Below are positions 11,558 to 24,252 of a DNA stretch of 64,000 nt, one piece after another. The DNA is from Azolla caroliniana (lineage: Eukaryota > Plantae > Polypodiophyta), in contig JBHGNT010000014.1 in assembly GCA_043228905.1 (NCBI GenBank), positions 20,460,001 through 20,524,000 on the forward strand, read 5' to 3'. Position 1 is the stretch's first letter. Each line of letters opens with the position of its first letter. The notes under the pieces were generated by a model. The model searched no databases, was not told where the DNA came from, and was given only the letters and a program-made list of their open reading frames with translations. The position numbers and the translations under genes are program-made.

Positions 11558-12028
11558 ATGGAGAATGATCCCTCCTCAGACATCTTCGATTCCGCCGTCA
11601 GCCTCGACGACACCCATCTCCAGCAAGGTTTCGATGAAGGCTTCCGCGATGGCCTGGATTCAGGTCGACTCGAAGGACGAGAAATTGGCCTCAGATTAGG
11701 GTTCCAACGAGGCGAAGAAATAGGGTTTTATCAGGGGTGTACTGATATATGGAAAGAGGCCATCTCTAGGTGTCCCAATGCTTTTTCTGTCAGATCTCAG
11801 AAGAATATAGGTCTCTTCGAGGATCAGTTGAAGGTGATGATTCCCATGTTGGAAGATCATCGAGATGAGAGATTGCAGGATATGATGGAGATGATTAGAG
11901 CGAGGTTTCGGGCGATCCTCTCGATGCTTTCTGTACATATCCAGTACGAAGGATATCCTGGTGGAGGGATTTCTTCATCATCATCTTCTCCTTTTGATCA
12001 CCAGGATGACAGGACAAGTGATTTCTGA
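11558..12028 (+). CDS. LTO1: LTO1/ORAOV1-family protein (Yae1_N domain, Fe-S assembly adaptor for ABCE1/Rli1), single exon
   Basis: 156-aa ORF with DIFDSAVSLDDTHLQQGFDEGFRDGLDSGRLEGREIGLRLGFQRGEEIGFYQG (deca-GX3 motif) and C-terminal IRARFRAILSML. Confidence 0.9.
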   Translation: MENDPSSDIFDSAVSLDDTHLQQGFDEGFRDGLDSGRLEGREIGLRLGFQRGEEIGFYQGCTDIWKEAISRCPNAFSVRSQKNIGLFEDQLKVMIPMLEDHRDERLQDMMEMIRARFRAILSMLSVHIQYEGYPGGGISSSSSSPFDHQDDRTSDF

Positions 12029-12200
12029 ATCAAGTCTTTTTTGTTCAGACAAGGATTTTTGTATTTTCTGTGTTACTGTTGAAAGAAGAGATTCTATTTG
12101 TGTAGTTCTGCTGGAAGATGAAATTTTAAGAATGAAATTTTTGTAGTTCTGTTTTTAGAGTTTGAAGTTTTGTTGGGAAATGTAGAGGAGAAGGGTCTAG

Positions 12201-12558
12201 TAGAGAATACGAAGAAATCTGTGCCAGGGATCGGTCAGAAAACTCTCAGATCGATAAGCGAAAACTCAGGGAATGCAGGGAAATAAATAACTGAAAGATT
12301 CATAGGTCATTTCCTGAATGTAGAGAATACGAAGAAATCTGTGCCGGGGATTGGTCGGAAAACTCTCAGATCGATAAGCGAAAACTCAGGGAATTCGGGG
12401 AAATAAATAATTGAAAGATTCATATGTCATTTCCTGAATGTAGAGAATATGAAGAAATCTGTGCCAGGGATCGGTCGAAAACTCAGTTCGATAAGGGAAA
12501 ACTCAGGGAATTCGAGGAAATAAATAACTGAAAGATTCATATTTCATTTCCTGAATGT
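12201..12558. repeat. Tandem repeat, 3 x ~120 bp
   Basis: Units start TAGAGAATA(C/T)GAAGAAATCTGTGCC at 12201, 12321 and 12441 and end CATTTCCTGAATG. Confidence 0.95.
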
Positions 12559-13088
12559 TCCTTGCAATAGCTTGGAGGATAATCCAACTTAAACAATGGG
12601 ACATTTTCATAGGGCAGAGTTAAACTGTTTTTTCTTTGATGCACTTCTAGAACAGTTAAACAGACGAGTTGGCTTTGATTTCATTATACAGCACCCATGG
12701 TATGTAATTGAAAGATTCATATCTTATACACATTCACCTCTCGGATACGTAGCTAGTAATTGGAATGTTAAATGGTGACCTCTATACCCAAGTTGTGGTT
12801 TAGACTATAAAAAAGGAATCACTTGATGTGTTCCATAAGGAACTTCTCCATGTTTGGTCGTGTATATTGTTTGCATCTGATCCACATAAAATTACAATCC
12901 ATTTTGCATCTGCCATCATTTGATGGGATTATTAGTAAGGTAAAGCATAATATATCTGTTAGATGTACTATCAAATACTTACAGAACATTGATAATCTGG
13001 TGAGTCGTGACAATTCTCTAATATAGGAAATTATCAAGAAACTTGTAAAGAGCACCTTAGACCTGAGCGTACATAGTCTCCACACTTG

Positions 13089-13335
13089 ATCTTAAAACAT
13101 CTTCATAGATTGGAGATGCATACAATTTACATTATGAAACGTCGATCATTCACATCCCAAGATTCATTTCTTGCACTCCCAAGCAAATAAGATAGGATGC
13201 CTAGAGTGGTAATCTTAAAACACGTTCATAGATTGGAACTGCACACAATTTACATTATGAAATGTGGATCATCATTCACATCCCGAGATTCATTTCTTGC
13301 GCTCCCAAGCAAATAAGTTAGGACGCATAGAGTGG
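13089..13335. repeat. Tandem duplication, 2 x ~125 bp
   Basis: ATCTTAAAACA...CATAGATTGGA...ATTCATTTCTTGC...AGAGTGG occurs twice. Confidence 0.85.
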
Positions 13336-15029
13336 ATTGCATAACATCATGAAAATTGCTTGTGAACTCCAGGCCTAACATATATCATACAGAGGTGAGA
13401 ACACTTGCACGTTGATCTCTAGATAGTTGGACCCATGCATACAAGTTCAAATCTCCTATACGTACCATTATGCTACTCTCTCTCTCCCCATTGGAACCAG
13501 CATATAGAAGGATATTAAAATAATCATCATGTTTAAGTACATGTACATTTGATTTATGATTGCACTCCACCCAATTCAATACCGTCAAAGTGGCAGCTAT
13601 TACAATACTTGCGACACCACAAGGCCTCTTCAAATGGCCAGAGACATAGTTGATAGTCTACATTAAAATTGAAACATAAAAAATTGTTCATACTATCAAA
13701 GGCAAGGAAGGGTGTTTTGTCCGACATCAACATAGCCGCCAAGCATTGCACTTCCATGAGATTATATCTCGGCCATCAAAATGGGAGATTTTATTCATCT
13801 CTCAGATGAATATATGCAAAGATCTCCAATAGTAGCTTTGCCAGATTAGTACCTTGTTCATCCACTTAAAAACAACATTAATCAGATATTGCATCAAACA
13901 AGACATTATGGAGAAAGTTGGAATTTGGAATGCATAGTAAGTCCATATGACAAATAGAACACAACTACCTGTTCTGGTTACACAAACGAAGATGTACACA
14001 GGTATATAGAACAAAAGAAACTACTGTGGATGCTATTTATATTTAGCAAGCATTGTCCTGCTAAAAGAAATTATATGTATTTGGAGTCCAACCAAGATCA
14101 CCGTTGCCTTGCTGTTCCAAGATATATGTTGAGGTCAAGAAAGCTCTTAAATGCTGATGCCCAAAACTCCACTATATCATGGAGTTTTCTAGGAGCTTCA
14201 AGAACGTTTTAACTTCTAACCTTCTAGAACAGTCTAACTTCAGCAATAATAAAATTAACTATGTCATGCCCAGTATACATTAGTCCCTTAGTCTTGCCAA
14301 CACCACTTATGACACTCAATGTCAGGTAAGTTTGATCAAGACTCAATCATGTTATGTGTTCCCACCAATAGTTTTGCTATGCCCCCCACCCCCCATGTTT
14401 TCTCATGTATCCTCATGTCTTAAACAAAAGTGACACGACTATAAGTTTTGTTATGTATCAACTGATATAATCAAACATTGGAATTGAGATCTTATAATAA
14501 ATCCTAGTTCTGAGTTCCTCATCAATGAGCACTGGGGTGCTACTTGTCTACAGCGAAAAATAGTGCATTCACAACCAACTAAGTGGATAATTGCAAATTA
14601 ATAAAAGAGAAGCTAGAAGATTAACAGGAAGTTTTTGAATCTCACCCATGTAATTGGAAGTAATCAAGTATATGCAACATCAGTATAAGATAAACATACC
14701 TCTGAGATGCTTGTGACAAGCTTCAAACAACCTGCAAAGTTTGGAGAACCATAACAAATTACACACATTAGTTTATTCTAAGTAGAAAATGTACAATATT
14801 GACATAAGAATGATGATACCTGAGATGATGCACGAGCAAAAAGTCTTTCAACATTGATATGGGCAGTTTCTCTGATACTAAAAATCAATCAATTCGTCTG
14901 ACTTCGGACATTGCATAAGCATTTACCTTCGTTATTGACATGGACTCGGCCATATTCAGAATGTCTGATCCTTTATTACCATAAAGTCCAGCCCCTTGGC
15001 ATTGAGATAAACCTCCTGTATTGGGCAGC

Positions 15030-17072
15030 TCAACCATTCATCTCTTGGATGTTTAAACCCATGGCATCCTTTTGTAGCTTCAATATTTGGTGATAATCAT
15101 CCCACATTTGTGCATCTAAATAAATATTGGACATCAAAGTGTAAGAAGCCCCAGACATTGGATCTCTACTAACCACCACATCAAAGCAATTTCTACCAAG
15201 GGCAACATTACCATGTACTCGACAAGCACTTAATAAAGCAATCCAACCACTCAAATCATTTGTCGTCGGCATACTTTGCAACAATTTGTGTGCTTTCATT
15301 AGATGACCTGCTCGACTGAGTAAATCAATCATACAGTGTATATGCTCGACATTTGGATGAATATTGTGCTTTTTTGTCATTAAATTGAAATACAGCTCTC
15401 CTTTCTCAAGATCTCCTTCTTGATTGCAAGCCACAAGAAGACTCGTAAAAATACTAGCGTTAGGTTCTATTCCTCCTTTCCTCATGGCTTTAATGTAATT
15501 GTATGCTAAGCTAAGCTTCCCATGGTCAGCATAACTAGCAATCATCACACTCCAACATACTAAGTTTCGAATTGGTAATCTATCAAAGACATTGGTAGCT
15601 TCTGATAAATAGCCACAAGTAGCATACATTTCAGTAAGGATGCTTCCGGCTATTTCATCTAGATGGAGTTGATCACGAAGCATCTGATGATGAATCAACA
15701 TTCCTTGCTTTATTGCCCCAGCATTCACACATGCTTTAAGAACACTTGAATAAATGATCAAATTGGGTTGTGTTCCCTCATCTTGCATTCTTTGAAAAAG
15801 TATCATTGCTTCAGAAGCATACCCATGTTGCACATATCCAGTTACCATTGTGCTCCATGAGGTCACATTTCTTGTCAATAACTTATCAAAAACTTTTCGA
15901 GCCATCTCTAGATCCCCACATTGTGAATACATATTGACTAAAGCATTACCTAGAGCTTGATCTGATTCTACTCGATACTTGACTATATGGTCATGTAAGA
16001 ATCTACCCTTGGCCAAATCCCTTGTTCTAGCACAAGCATTTAACAAGCAAGAGAATATGAACTCGTTCAGTTCAATACCCATTTCTTGCATCCTATCAAA
16101 AGCTTGGAAAGCATCAAGAGTCTTTCCTTGTTGAGAATATCCTCCAATGAGAGCACACCATGACACAACACTTCTTGAGCCTGAAGCCTCGAGGGTCTTA
16201 GAAGCTTCCAAAAGTTTCTGGTATTTTGAATACATATCAATAAGTGCACTATTTAGAAGAATATCACATTCTATTCCACATTGGATTGATGCGTCATGTA
16301 TCAACATGCCCTTATCTAACGCCTCTAAAGAAACACATGCCCTCAACATACATAGGAGGATCACTTTATTCAGTTTCACACCACTGCATTGCATATCATG
16401 GAAGAGATCTAAAGCAAGTGTGTTTTGTCCAGCATCAACGTAACCACCAAGCATTGCACCCCATGAGACAATATCTCGGGCATCAGAAAGACCATTTTGT
16501 CCTGATATATCATCAAACAGTTTTCGACCTTCAGATAATCTACCACATTTGGCATACATATCAATCAGTACATTTACCATAACTACATCTGAATGAAGGC
16601 CATTTTGCACAATCTCATAGTGTAAAAATCGACCCCAGCGGAGATCCCCCTGGATACCACATGCTTTCAACATACACATATATATAAACTTATTTGCTTC
16701 TATGCATTCTTCTAGCATTTTCATAAACAGACCAAATACCTCCCAACTATTGGTGTGATTCACATGGGCTAGTATAAATGAATGCCATGTATACACATTG
16801 GGGGTCTCTACTTTACGGAAGACTAAATTTGACACAAACGAGCTATCATTCAAAATGAAAAGCCTGATGAGATGTTCTGCTAATATTGCAACACATTCAA
16901 AGCCATGGCTAATAATCAATTCATGGGCAAAAGGAGCCATTTGCGAGTTTTTATCTTGTAAGCAATCTTTCAAAAAGCTAAGAATGGAGATTTCAGAAAT
17001 TGGATTACCTCTTTGATGCATGGATTTCAATCTCTTGGACATTGAATCCACCTTTTTGGTTATTTTTGCCAT
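15030..17072 (-). CDS. PLS-class pentatricopeptide repeat protein with E domain, no DYW (organellar RNA editing factor-like)
   Basis: 680-aa intronless ORF with repeated LIDMYAKCG/NALVNMYSQCG, VVSWCALIGGY and FSCLLNAC motifs, then HCMIDLLSRAG...WIALLSACRVHG...YTLMSNIY (E domain). Confidence 0.93.
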   Translation of the reverse strand: MAKITKKVDSMSKRLKSMHQRGNPISEISILSFLKDCLQDKNSQMAPFAHELIISHGFECVAILAEHLIRLFILNDSSFVSNLVFRKVETPNVYTWHSFILAHVNHTNSWEVFGLFMKMLEECIEANKFIYMCMLKACGIQGDLRWGRFLHYEIVQNGLHSDVVMVNVLIDMYAKCGRLSEGRKLFDDISGQNGLSDARDIVSWGAMLGGYVDAGQNTLALDLFHDMQCSGVKLNKVILLCMLRACVSLEALDKGMLIHDASIQCGIECDILLNSALIDMYSKYQKLLEASKTLEASGSRSVVSWCALIGGYSQQGKTLDAFQAFDRMQEMGIELNEFIFSCLLNACARTRDLAKGRFLHDHIVKYRVESDQALGNALVNMYSQCGDLEMARKVFDKLLTRNVTSWSTMVTGYVQHGYASEAMILFQRMQDEGTQPNLIIYSSVLKACVNAGAIKQGMLIHHQMLRDQLHLDEIAGSILTEMYATCGYLSEATNVFDRLPIRNLVCWSVMIASYADHGKLSLAYNYIKAMRKGGIEPNASIFTSLLVACNQEGDLEKGELYFNLMTKKHNIHPNVEHIHCMIDLLSRAGHLMKAHKLLQSMPTTNDLSGWIALLSACRVHGNVALGRNCFDVVVSRDPMSGASYTLMSNIYLDAQMWDDYHQILKLQKDAMGLNIQEMNG

Positions 17073-17979
17073 ACATTAAAAGGTGGGTTTGATGCAAGAA
17101 CACTTGGTTTTATCGTATTGAGCTCAGGTAGGGCAGAATCAAGAGATAAAAAGAAATGGGTCGATTTCGTTATCTACAATGCATAAACATGGATCAAGCA
17201 TCCTAGAATCTGTCTGGGTAGAATCAATCATGGTAAGCTTGGTCCAATGAAGAATTGAAGCCATCCACACGTTATTGGAGCAAATTCTACTAATACAGTT
17301 TGAAAGTCGAAGGAGAAAAGACAGTATCAAGCTGAATTAGAATTGCATTGGAAACCCTAACAATGTGCCCTCTGTCCGTCCTCCCTGTCTTAACCATTAA
17401 TTCTCTCATCAGCCTTTGGTATTTCTCGAGTATTATCATTAGTACCCTCGGTATAAAATATTGTTCATGATTTAGTGTTTAGGGGACCAAATTAGAGAGA
17501 CAATATAAGGCAGTAATGTATATATACATATTTAAAACATTAACCTCACGTGTAGTTTTATAGTACACATATACCCCTTGCACTACGCATCACGGATATT
17601 GGGCAATGGACAAATGACTTCATCGACGTAATTGTGGCCATTATGGCATTTTTTTGTATCATTATAAATGTTCAATGACCTAATACAATATAATGTTAGT
17701 TTGGAAGCATGTAAACGTTGTTGATAACAGGATTAGCTATGATAGTTAGTTGTTGAGTGACACATAACATATGAATGTGTTTGTTACTGTAATGTTCTCT
17801 TCACAAACTAGAAGTTCTTGATTGCAAAATATTTTGATTTTGATTAGATTTGATAAAGCAATCCACATAGAAGAGAAGCACTATATGTGTTTTTGTTGAG
17901 GATGCAATAGAGTTTGCCAATAAATCTCTACACACAAAGATGTTTATGATGACACTAACATATAAAATACTGGGCACAA

Positions 17980-18170
17980 ACTAATTGAAGATCTCATTAG
18001 CAATGCTTCATGATGCTTAGGAACAATGTTTGTCAAATAGAGTTTGTGATGGTTAGGCGCAACACATGTGGATGTGCATGACCATGAAAATTAGTCACTA
18101 GCCAATGGGCCATATCCTTTGTCATTCACAAGCCTTGGTGATTTAAAGATTTGAGGGAGGGGGAGTATGC
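17980..18170 (+). mobile_element. Copia 3' relic (RNase H end plus PPT)
   Basis: THVDVHDH resembles TKHIDVRYH and is followed by the purine tract GAGGGAGGGGGAG. Confidence 0.4.
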
Positions 18171-19950
18171 CTATGTTTATAGTGATAATACCAAGTTAGT
18201 ATGGCTGTTTTGATGGACTTAACCTTGAAGACCTTTTGGGACCCATTTTACATGAAGTGGTCATGGTCTACGGAATACACTCAATAACCCTACAAAACAC
18301 AACCAATGAACCTACACCCCACTTCTTATCAAGCCATTTTTTAAATCATAAATATCATATACCCCAAAACACATCCGAATTGAACACTCCATCCATAAAA
18401 CATCTTTTGAACCATGATTCCCAAATATTTGCATTCCCATTGTCTAATAATATTTGAAAAACTCTACATAGAATTAGTATAAACATTACATGCTCTAATA
18501 TTCAACAAGAACAAGAGCATTATATGCTCTAATATTCAAAATTGACAAGATGAGCTCTAGAAACATATCACTAAAGAAAATGATAATTGATTATTAACAT
18601 GGCATCCTTAACCAACAACTAGATGGCTAGTAGTTTGCCCTCTCAAGGGCAAACGTTTTAGCTTTGCTTTGTGCAGTTGTAGCATAACCTCCACATAATT
18701 GAGTGCATTCATGAGCATGAAAAGATACAAATATGCAAATAGTTTTGGTTTCTGAGATTGCAGTATAACTCCATCCTAATTTATATGTTCAGGTGAGCCT
18801 TTACTGATAACTATAGTTAAAATTAACCATCAATTCTGGTTAATGAACTAATGTTTGTCTTCTAAATTGTGGCTCCATAATATCTACAATTAGTCCACAG
18901 TGGCTAAATGCAGGTGGATGCACATGATACCCATACTCCATTAGTTTTCAGGGGTATGTAGATATCTCCAATATGTACAATTATATTATTCATAGATTTG
19001 AGAAACTACTTTGAAATCACATGATAACATGTAAAGTATGATTTTGTCCAAGTTTTCCAAGTATTATCAACAGGACCCATATCGTTCATTTCATAGAAAC
19101 AGAAACCAATCAACATCACCAGCCTTATAATGAAATACATACTATCAAATGTCTCTCCTCACACAGCACACTGAATTTTGTTGATGCACACTACATTTGT
19201 TTTAGGGTAATCACCCAAAGCAATCAGATCTCAACTGTCTGGCTTGAATGAGTATAGATAAATATTTGGACATTAAAGAAATATAATGTATACGTGATCG
19301 GGAAAACATAAACATTCAAAACCAAGAAATACCTACCCACTTTTCTTGACTTCCATGTCATTATGAGATGTCAAAACTTTTAGTAATCCCATACTGGCTA
19401 GTGTGTGTGTGTGTATTGTTATTATTCAGTATCCAGCATATTAAAAATCTAACTTTAACTAAGTATTTATTACTATTTCCCAATCAGCAAAAGCTAAAGA
19501 AGAAATTAAAGTTCCAGACTTTGCTATCGGCCAATAGGCTATAATATATAGAAAGATAGATTAGATTGCCTGCGAATATTAACTTCCAGACTCCATATTT
19601 AACCACTTTAACCAGCATGAAGAAAGACAAATTTTAGAACATATCAACCCAAAACCATCAAAATTTTCAGGAACCCTATATATTAAACCAATATTCTAAT
19701 ATAATACATAAATGGTTTGAATGTATGTATCTACATATTTATCCATTAATATGATCTACTTCTTAAAAGTTAAGTGTATTCACTCAATCACAACATACCA
19801 TGAATATAGTCAGCATGAATAGCATGCATTAATGCAAACAAAGAGGAAATACATCAGGAGACCATGCCTCTTGCTTGCACTATTCATTATTTGAATCAAA
19901 TCCACATGAAGATAGATACCATAAATCAAACTGGGGCAAGCCTTTTCAAG

Positions 19951-22900
19951 CTATTTCTTGTTGCTATTAGAATTGCTTGCATCACCTCCAGAAGACTGAG
20001 CAGCCTTCTTTGCTAGTTTCTCTTGCAGTGCCTTAGCATCTCTGAGAAGTAACAAAAAGAATATTTCTTTGTCATGAAAACAAAAGACTAATGCAACTCT
20101 TCTTCATGATAATGTACCTAATTTAACTATCAAATAAGGTAATAATGACGGTTGTCTTTCTTGAGCAGCATAATAATAATGTACTCCTTCATGAATATGC
20201 AAAAGGTTGATTTCTGGGTAGAGAAAAAATGGCTTTCTTTGTGAAGAAAACCCAGATGAGATATGGATTTCTTTGTATAAGAGCCGAAATATTAAAAGGA
20301 AAAGAAAATTAATAATTTTATTCATGAAGGAGAAAAACTAAAAATGGAATTCTCTTGAATGAAAATTAATTTAATTGATATTTTGCGGGAACACAAACAT
20401 TTAAGAGACTTCTTTGTGAACAGAAGTTTAATGGATTTCTTTTTGAGAACAAAAGTTAATGGACTATGATGCATACGAATGAATGATTTATTCATAGAAA
20501 ACCCGAAGACTATAAATTTATTAATAAAAAATAAAAGATTCAGAGAAATGCCCTGGAAGAAGCATAATTATAATGAATTACTTTGAGTAAAATAGAAGAT
20601 AGAAAAGAAGTTCTTTCTTAGAAGGCATAGAAGATGAGAAAGGGGCTCAGAAGAGTTGCTGATGAGAAAGGAGACATGCGATATGCACATCTCTATGGAT
20701 TAAATGTGCCTTCTGTAGAGGACAGATGAGTCCACGCAGAAGAGAACGAGCGGGATGGAGCCAGTTGAAGAGAAGAGCCTGAAGAGATTGAGAAAATGGA
20801 GAGGGGGGGCATAATTAGGATTGCAGATTTTGAATATGTTTAAACTGACGTTAGTTGGACTTAACCTTCTTATAAGCCATATGCAAACTGGATGGACTTT
20901 CCTCCTCAGCTCTAACATCTCAAATGGAGTATTCATTGTTGACATAAGCATGGTGTTATTGTAGGCGTATTGAACTAAGGGTAAGTAATCCTCCCAAACT
21001 GCTTTAATATCAGAAATACACCCATATCCCATCATTTTGTATTTGTGAATCTATATAAGATAGTCCATATCCCATCATTTTGTATTTGTGAATCTATATA
21101 AGATATTCCATATCCCATCGTTTTGTATTTGTGATATCGAAAATAAAAAATCAAGTCCCTTGCAACATGTTTTTGTGGTAAATGTAGGATTGGACAAGTT
21201 ACAAACCTGGTACCTTTTGCCAGTTAATTTTAACTTTTTAACAAATTATGCAAGTTCCTGTGTCATCGATTTCAGAATCCCTTGCATAGCATAAAGCATG
21301 ACTTACTAGAATTGTAGGCCTTCAGTACTTACATGAACATAATTTCTATGCATCATAAGAATTTCATTTTTCAGATTATAATATCGATGATGCTATCCGT
21401 CATCTAGCCCTCAGCATATTTTCCCTTCACTTTATCCAGCTCATGATGTTAATGTCCTTATACATGCAACAAACATTATTACTGAAGTCTTATCAAGAGA
21501 CAGTTTATCCTTAGCAAAAGGTCATCCTAATAAATAATCCTCTTTGGAAGGCGAGACTATAACGTAGCCTATGGATCTCAAACATATGACCTTCGACTAT
21601 TCCCTCAGGCATTTGAACAGATCCATTAACCTTCCCATCAATGTACTCCTATTCACAACCATGTGATTCCTTGATACCTAGATGGTGTACGTCTTCTCCT
21701 AGGCAGTGAGACTGGTTTGTCTAGTGGGACTGGGTGCTTACTCATAGGAATCTCCTTTTTGGGAAGTTATCTGATCCAATTGTGCTCATTTCAAAGGAGG
21801 ATCATTCATGTTGCTCCTAGGTGATGAGGTTAGCATACCCTTGGCCTGGGTAGCTTAATTTCAGTCTTTTTTTGGTGCAGTACATGAGCAGGAGATATGC
21901 ATTAACTGCCTCTAGGCAGTGGGACAATACCTCTATGGTGGTAAGGTATCCCTGGCAAATGGGTCAGCGGATGTATTCATGCACTGCCTATTCAGTTGGC
22001 ATCTCTTTCGTTCAAGTAGGAGTAGTCATTCTCTGAGGTTAGGTGCAGTGGTGGGTGTTGGGAGGCCCAAAACGTTATCTTCCATGCGCATCGCTACATC
22101 ACAACCTTGGTTAAGGATCTAAACATTCCTGTGATAAGAAAATTGCCTGACGTTTAGTTCCCTACGAATCTATTAATTAGCTTTAGGCCTGATGTAGTGT
22201 CTCCAAGTTCGCACCAATGATAAAGGGCCTTAGTTCAAAAGATGTAATCCTGCACAGTGTCTGTTCAATCGATACGGTTGTTGTGAAATCACTTAATATT
22301 TCTTCAGCAAGGGTACAGAATGACTTCCAGAAGTTGCCACTAGGGACACTTAAGAGATTGGTTCAAAAGGACTGGTTCATAAGCCCAAAGGACTTGTTTT
22401 TAATCATTTGAAGTGGTCATGTGGATTCCTATGCACAAAGTACTTGGGCAAAATCTTGCTAATGGGTGCAGATTTATCGTGGTCACTACTGAAACGGTTG
22501 TGGTTATGATATATCTTGTTGGCTTTGGACCTTCATAATCACTAATGAATGCATAGCTTGGCATAATGCTGCCTTGTCCAGGTTGGCAACCTGTGGATCC
22601 TAAGGTGCTAGGATTTAGGATTTAGGGTTTAGGGTTTGTTGATTGAATGCTTGTTGACTCCCTAAACCTACTTAATTGTTGGTCAAGCCTGCATAATCTA
22701 CTTACTGAGTCCACAATAGCAACACCAATTTGTTGATCTAACCTACCTCACCTGAAATTCAAGTTCGCCTCATTATTTCCTTTTTAAGGGGATCAACTGG
22801 GGTAACACCCTATAAATGGCGAGACAAACAAGACAGAGTGCCTACCAATCTCAAGAGTATCTACAGAGTGAATAAGCCTCCCCTGGTAAAAAGTCCTCTC

Positions 22901-23910
22901 ATACTCGTTCTAACACCTTAATTAACTAGATGGGTTTAATTAAAGGACTTAACCTGCTAATTAATTACCCAGTGAATTAGAGAAAACACAAGAAATAATT
23001 GTAACATACAGTCTTGTTACTAATAGAAGCCAACCACGTTCAATACAATATGGAGCTCAAATACCTAAGTTAGAAATTTAGGTTCAGGTACAGATCATCT
23101 TCTTATACCTCTCTGTGATGGATTTCTTGTATAGAACTTCTTTGTGAATGAAGAGAATATTTCTTTGCAGAAACAACAACTGCTTACACTACAGATGCAT
23201 CTTTTTACCTCTTTATTCTCAGTAGCGTATTTTTCACGGAATTTCTTTCAGTAACAACTGAATTTTGACATAGAACAGCGTAAGGTACAATTTCATCTCT
23301 TTTACTAGAATTTCTTAGTGAAAGAACGAAAGATTAAATGAAGAAAAAGAAACCATAGATTTAAGGCACAGATCTCGTCTACTTACCCTTCTTTTTACCT
23401 AATTTCTTTATGAAAAAACAGAAGATCAAAATGAAGGAAAGACCACGGCAGATTTCAGTTAACAGCTTTATCTAAGTATTCCTCCCCCTTTTGTCTGTAA
23501 TGGATTTCTATTCCAAAATTTCCTTATGAAAAAGGAAGATTTCAATATCGACAAGGACATTAAGCTAACTACAGAATTTCCATCCTCTTACCTTTCTCTT
23601 CTTTGCTCGGGAGTGAGCTCTTCCTTCTTTCCTCCTGCAGCTTTCGCAGCTCTTGCCTGAGCACGTTCGCGATCTTTCTCTCTCTGATTTCCTCGTGAGA
23701 ATCCGTCGCAGGAAAGCCAAAAAAAAAAGTTAAGGAAGAAAACGAGAACAAATCCTAAGATTTAGAGGAGGAATAAACAACATGCGCACACAGAGAGAGC
23801 AAGGCAAAGAGGAACCCTGAAAATACGAAGATGCTATTGGAAAGAGAACAAAAACAAACAAAGAAGAGAGAGAGAGAGAGATCTGTTTGTTGTTTGAGGA
23901 TATGAGTCAT
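19951..23910 (-). CDS. SERF: Small EDRK-rich factor (SERF/4F5 family), 66 aa; exons 23904-23910, 23592-23694, 19951-20041
   Basis: Spliced product MTRGNQREKDRERAQARAAKAAGGKKEELTPEQRRERDAKALQEKLAKKAAQSSGGDASNSNSNKK*. Intron 1 is AT-AC and intron 2 is GT-AG. Exon lengths 7+103+91=201 keep the frame. Not in the ORF track. Confidence 0.92.
20880..23010 (-). mobile_element. Degenerate Gypsy LTR retrotransposon remnants in SERF intron 2
   Basis: Integrase-like WEDYLPLVQYAYNNT...TPFE (~20900-21000), gag-like GLKAN*IRREL (~22150), and a possible LTR/PBS junction TCAACA-AAT-TGGTG near 22725-22737. Boundaries are approximate. Confidence 0.55.
23695..23903 (-). other. U12-type (minor spliceosome) AT-AC intron
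   Basis: 5' splice site ATATCCTC, branch point TTCCTTAAC (23729-23737), 3' end TCAC. Splicing restores the conserved M-T-R-G-N-Q-R. Confidence 0.9.
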
Positions 23911-24221
23911 GGCGCCGGCGGGGCAGGAAGCTTGGCTCTCTGATGAAGGAGGCGAACGGAAACCCTAAAAACCTCGGTGGTGTCTGTGCAGAGGGAGAGG
24001 GAAAGGCGGGAGGATACACACAGAAGAAGAAGAAGAAGAAGAAGAAGAAAGAAGATGGGAAGGGGACAAATAAATAATTAAATCAAAGAAAGAGCAAAGA
24101 ATCAAAAGATGAGAATATATATATGTATGTATGAAAATACACACACACACACACAAGGAGATTATATACATACATACATATATGAATCATGACATACATA
24201 ATCATATACATATGTATGAAA

Positions 24222-24252
<31 letters not shown>

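Noticed and set aside
12201-12558. Tandem snoRNA cluster
   Set aside because: No convincing C/D or H/ACA box arrangement in the 120-bp unit.
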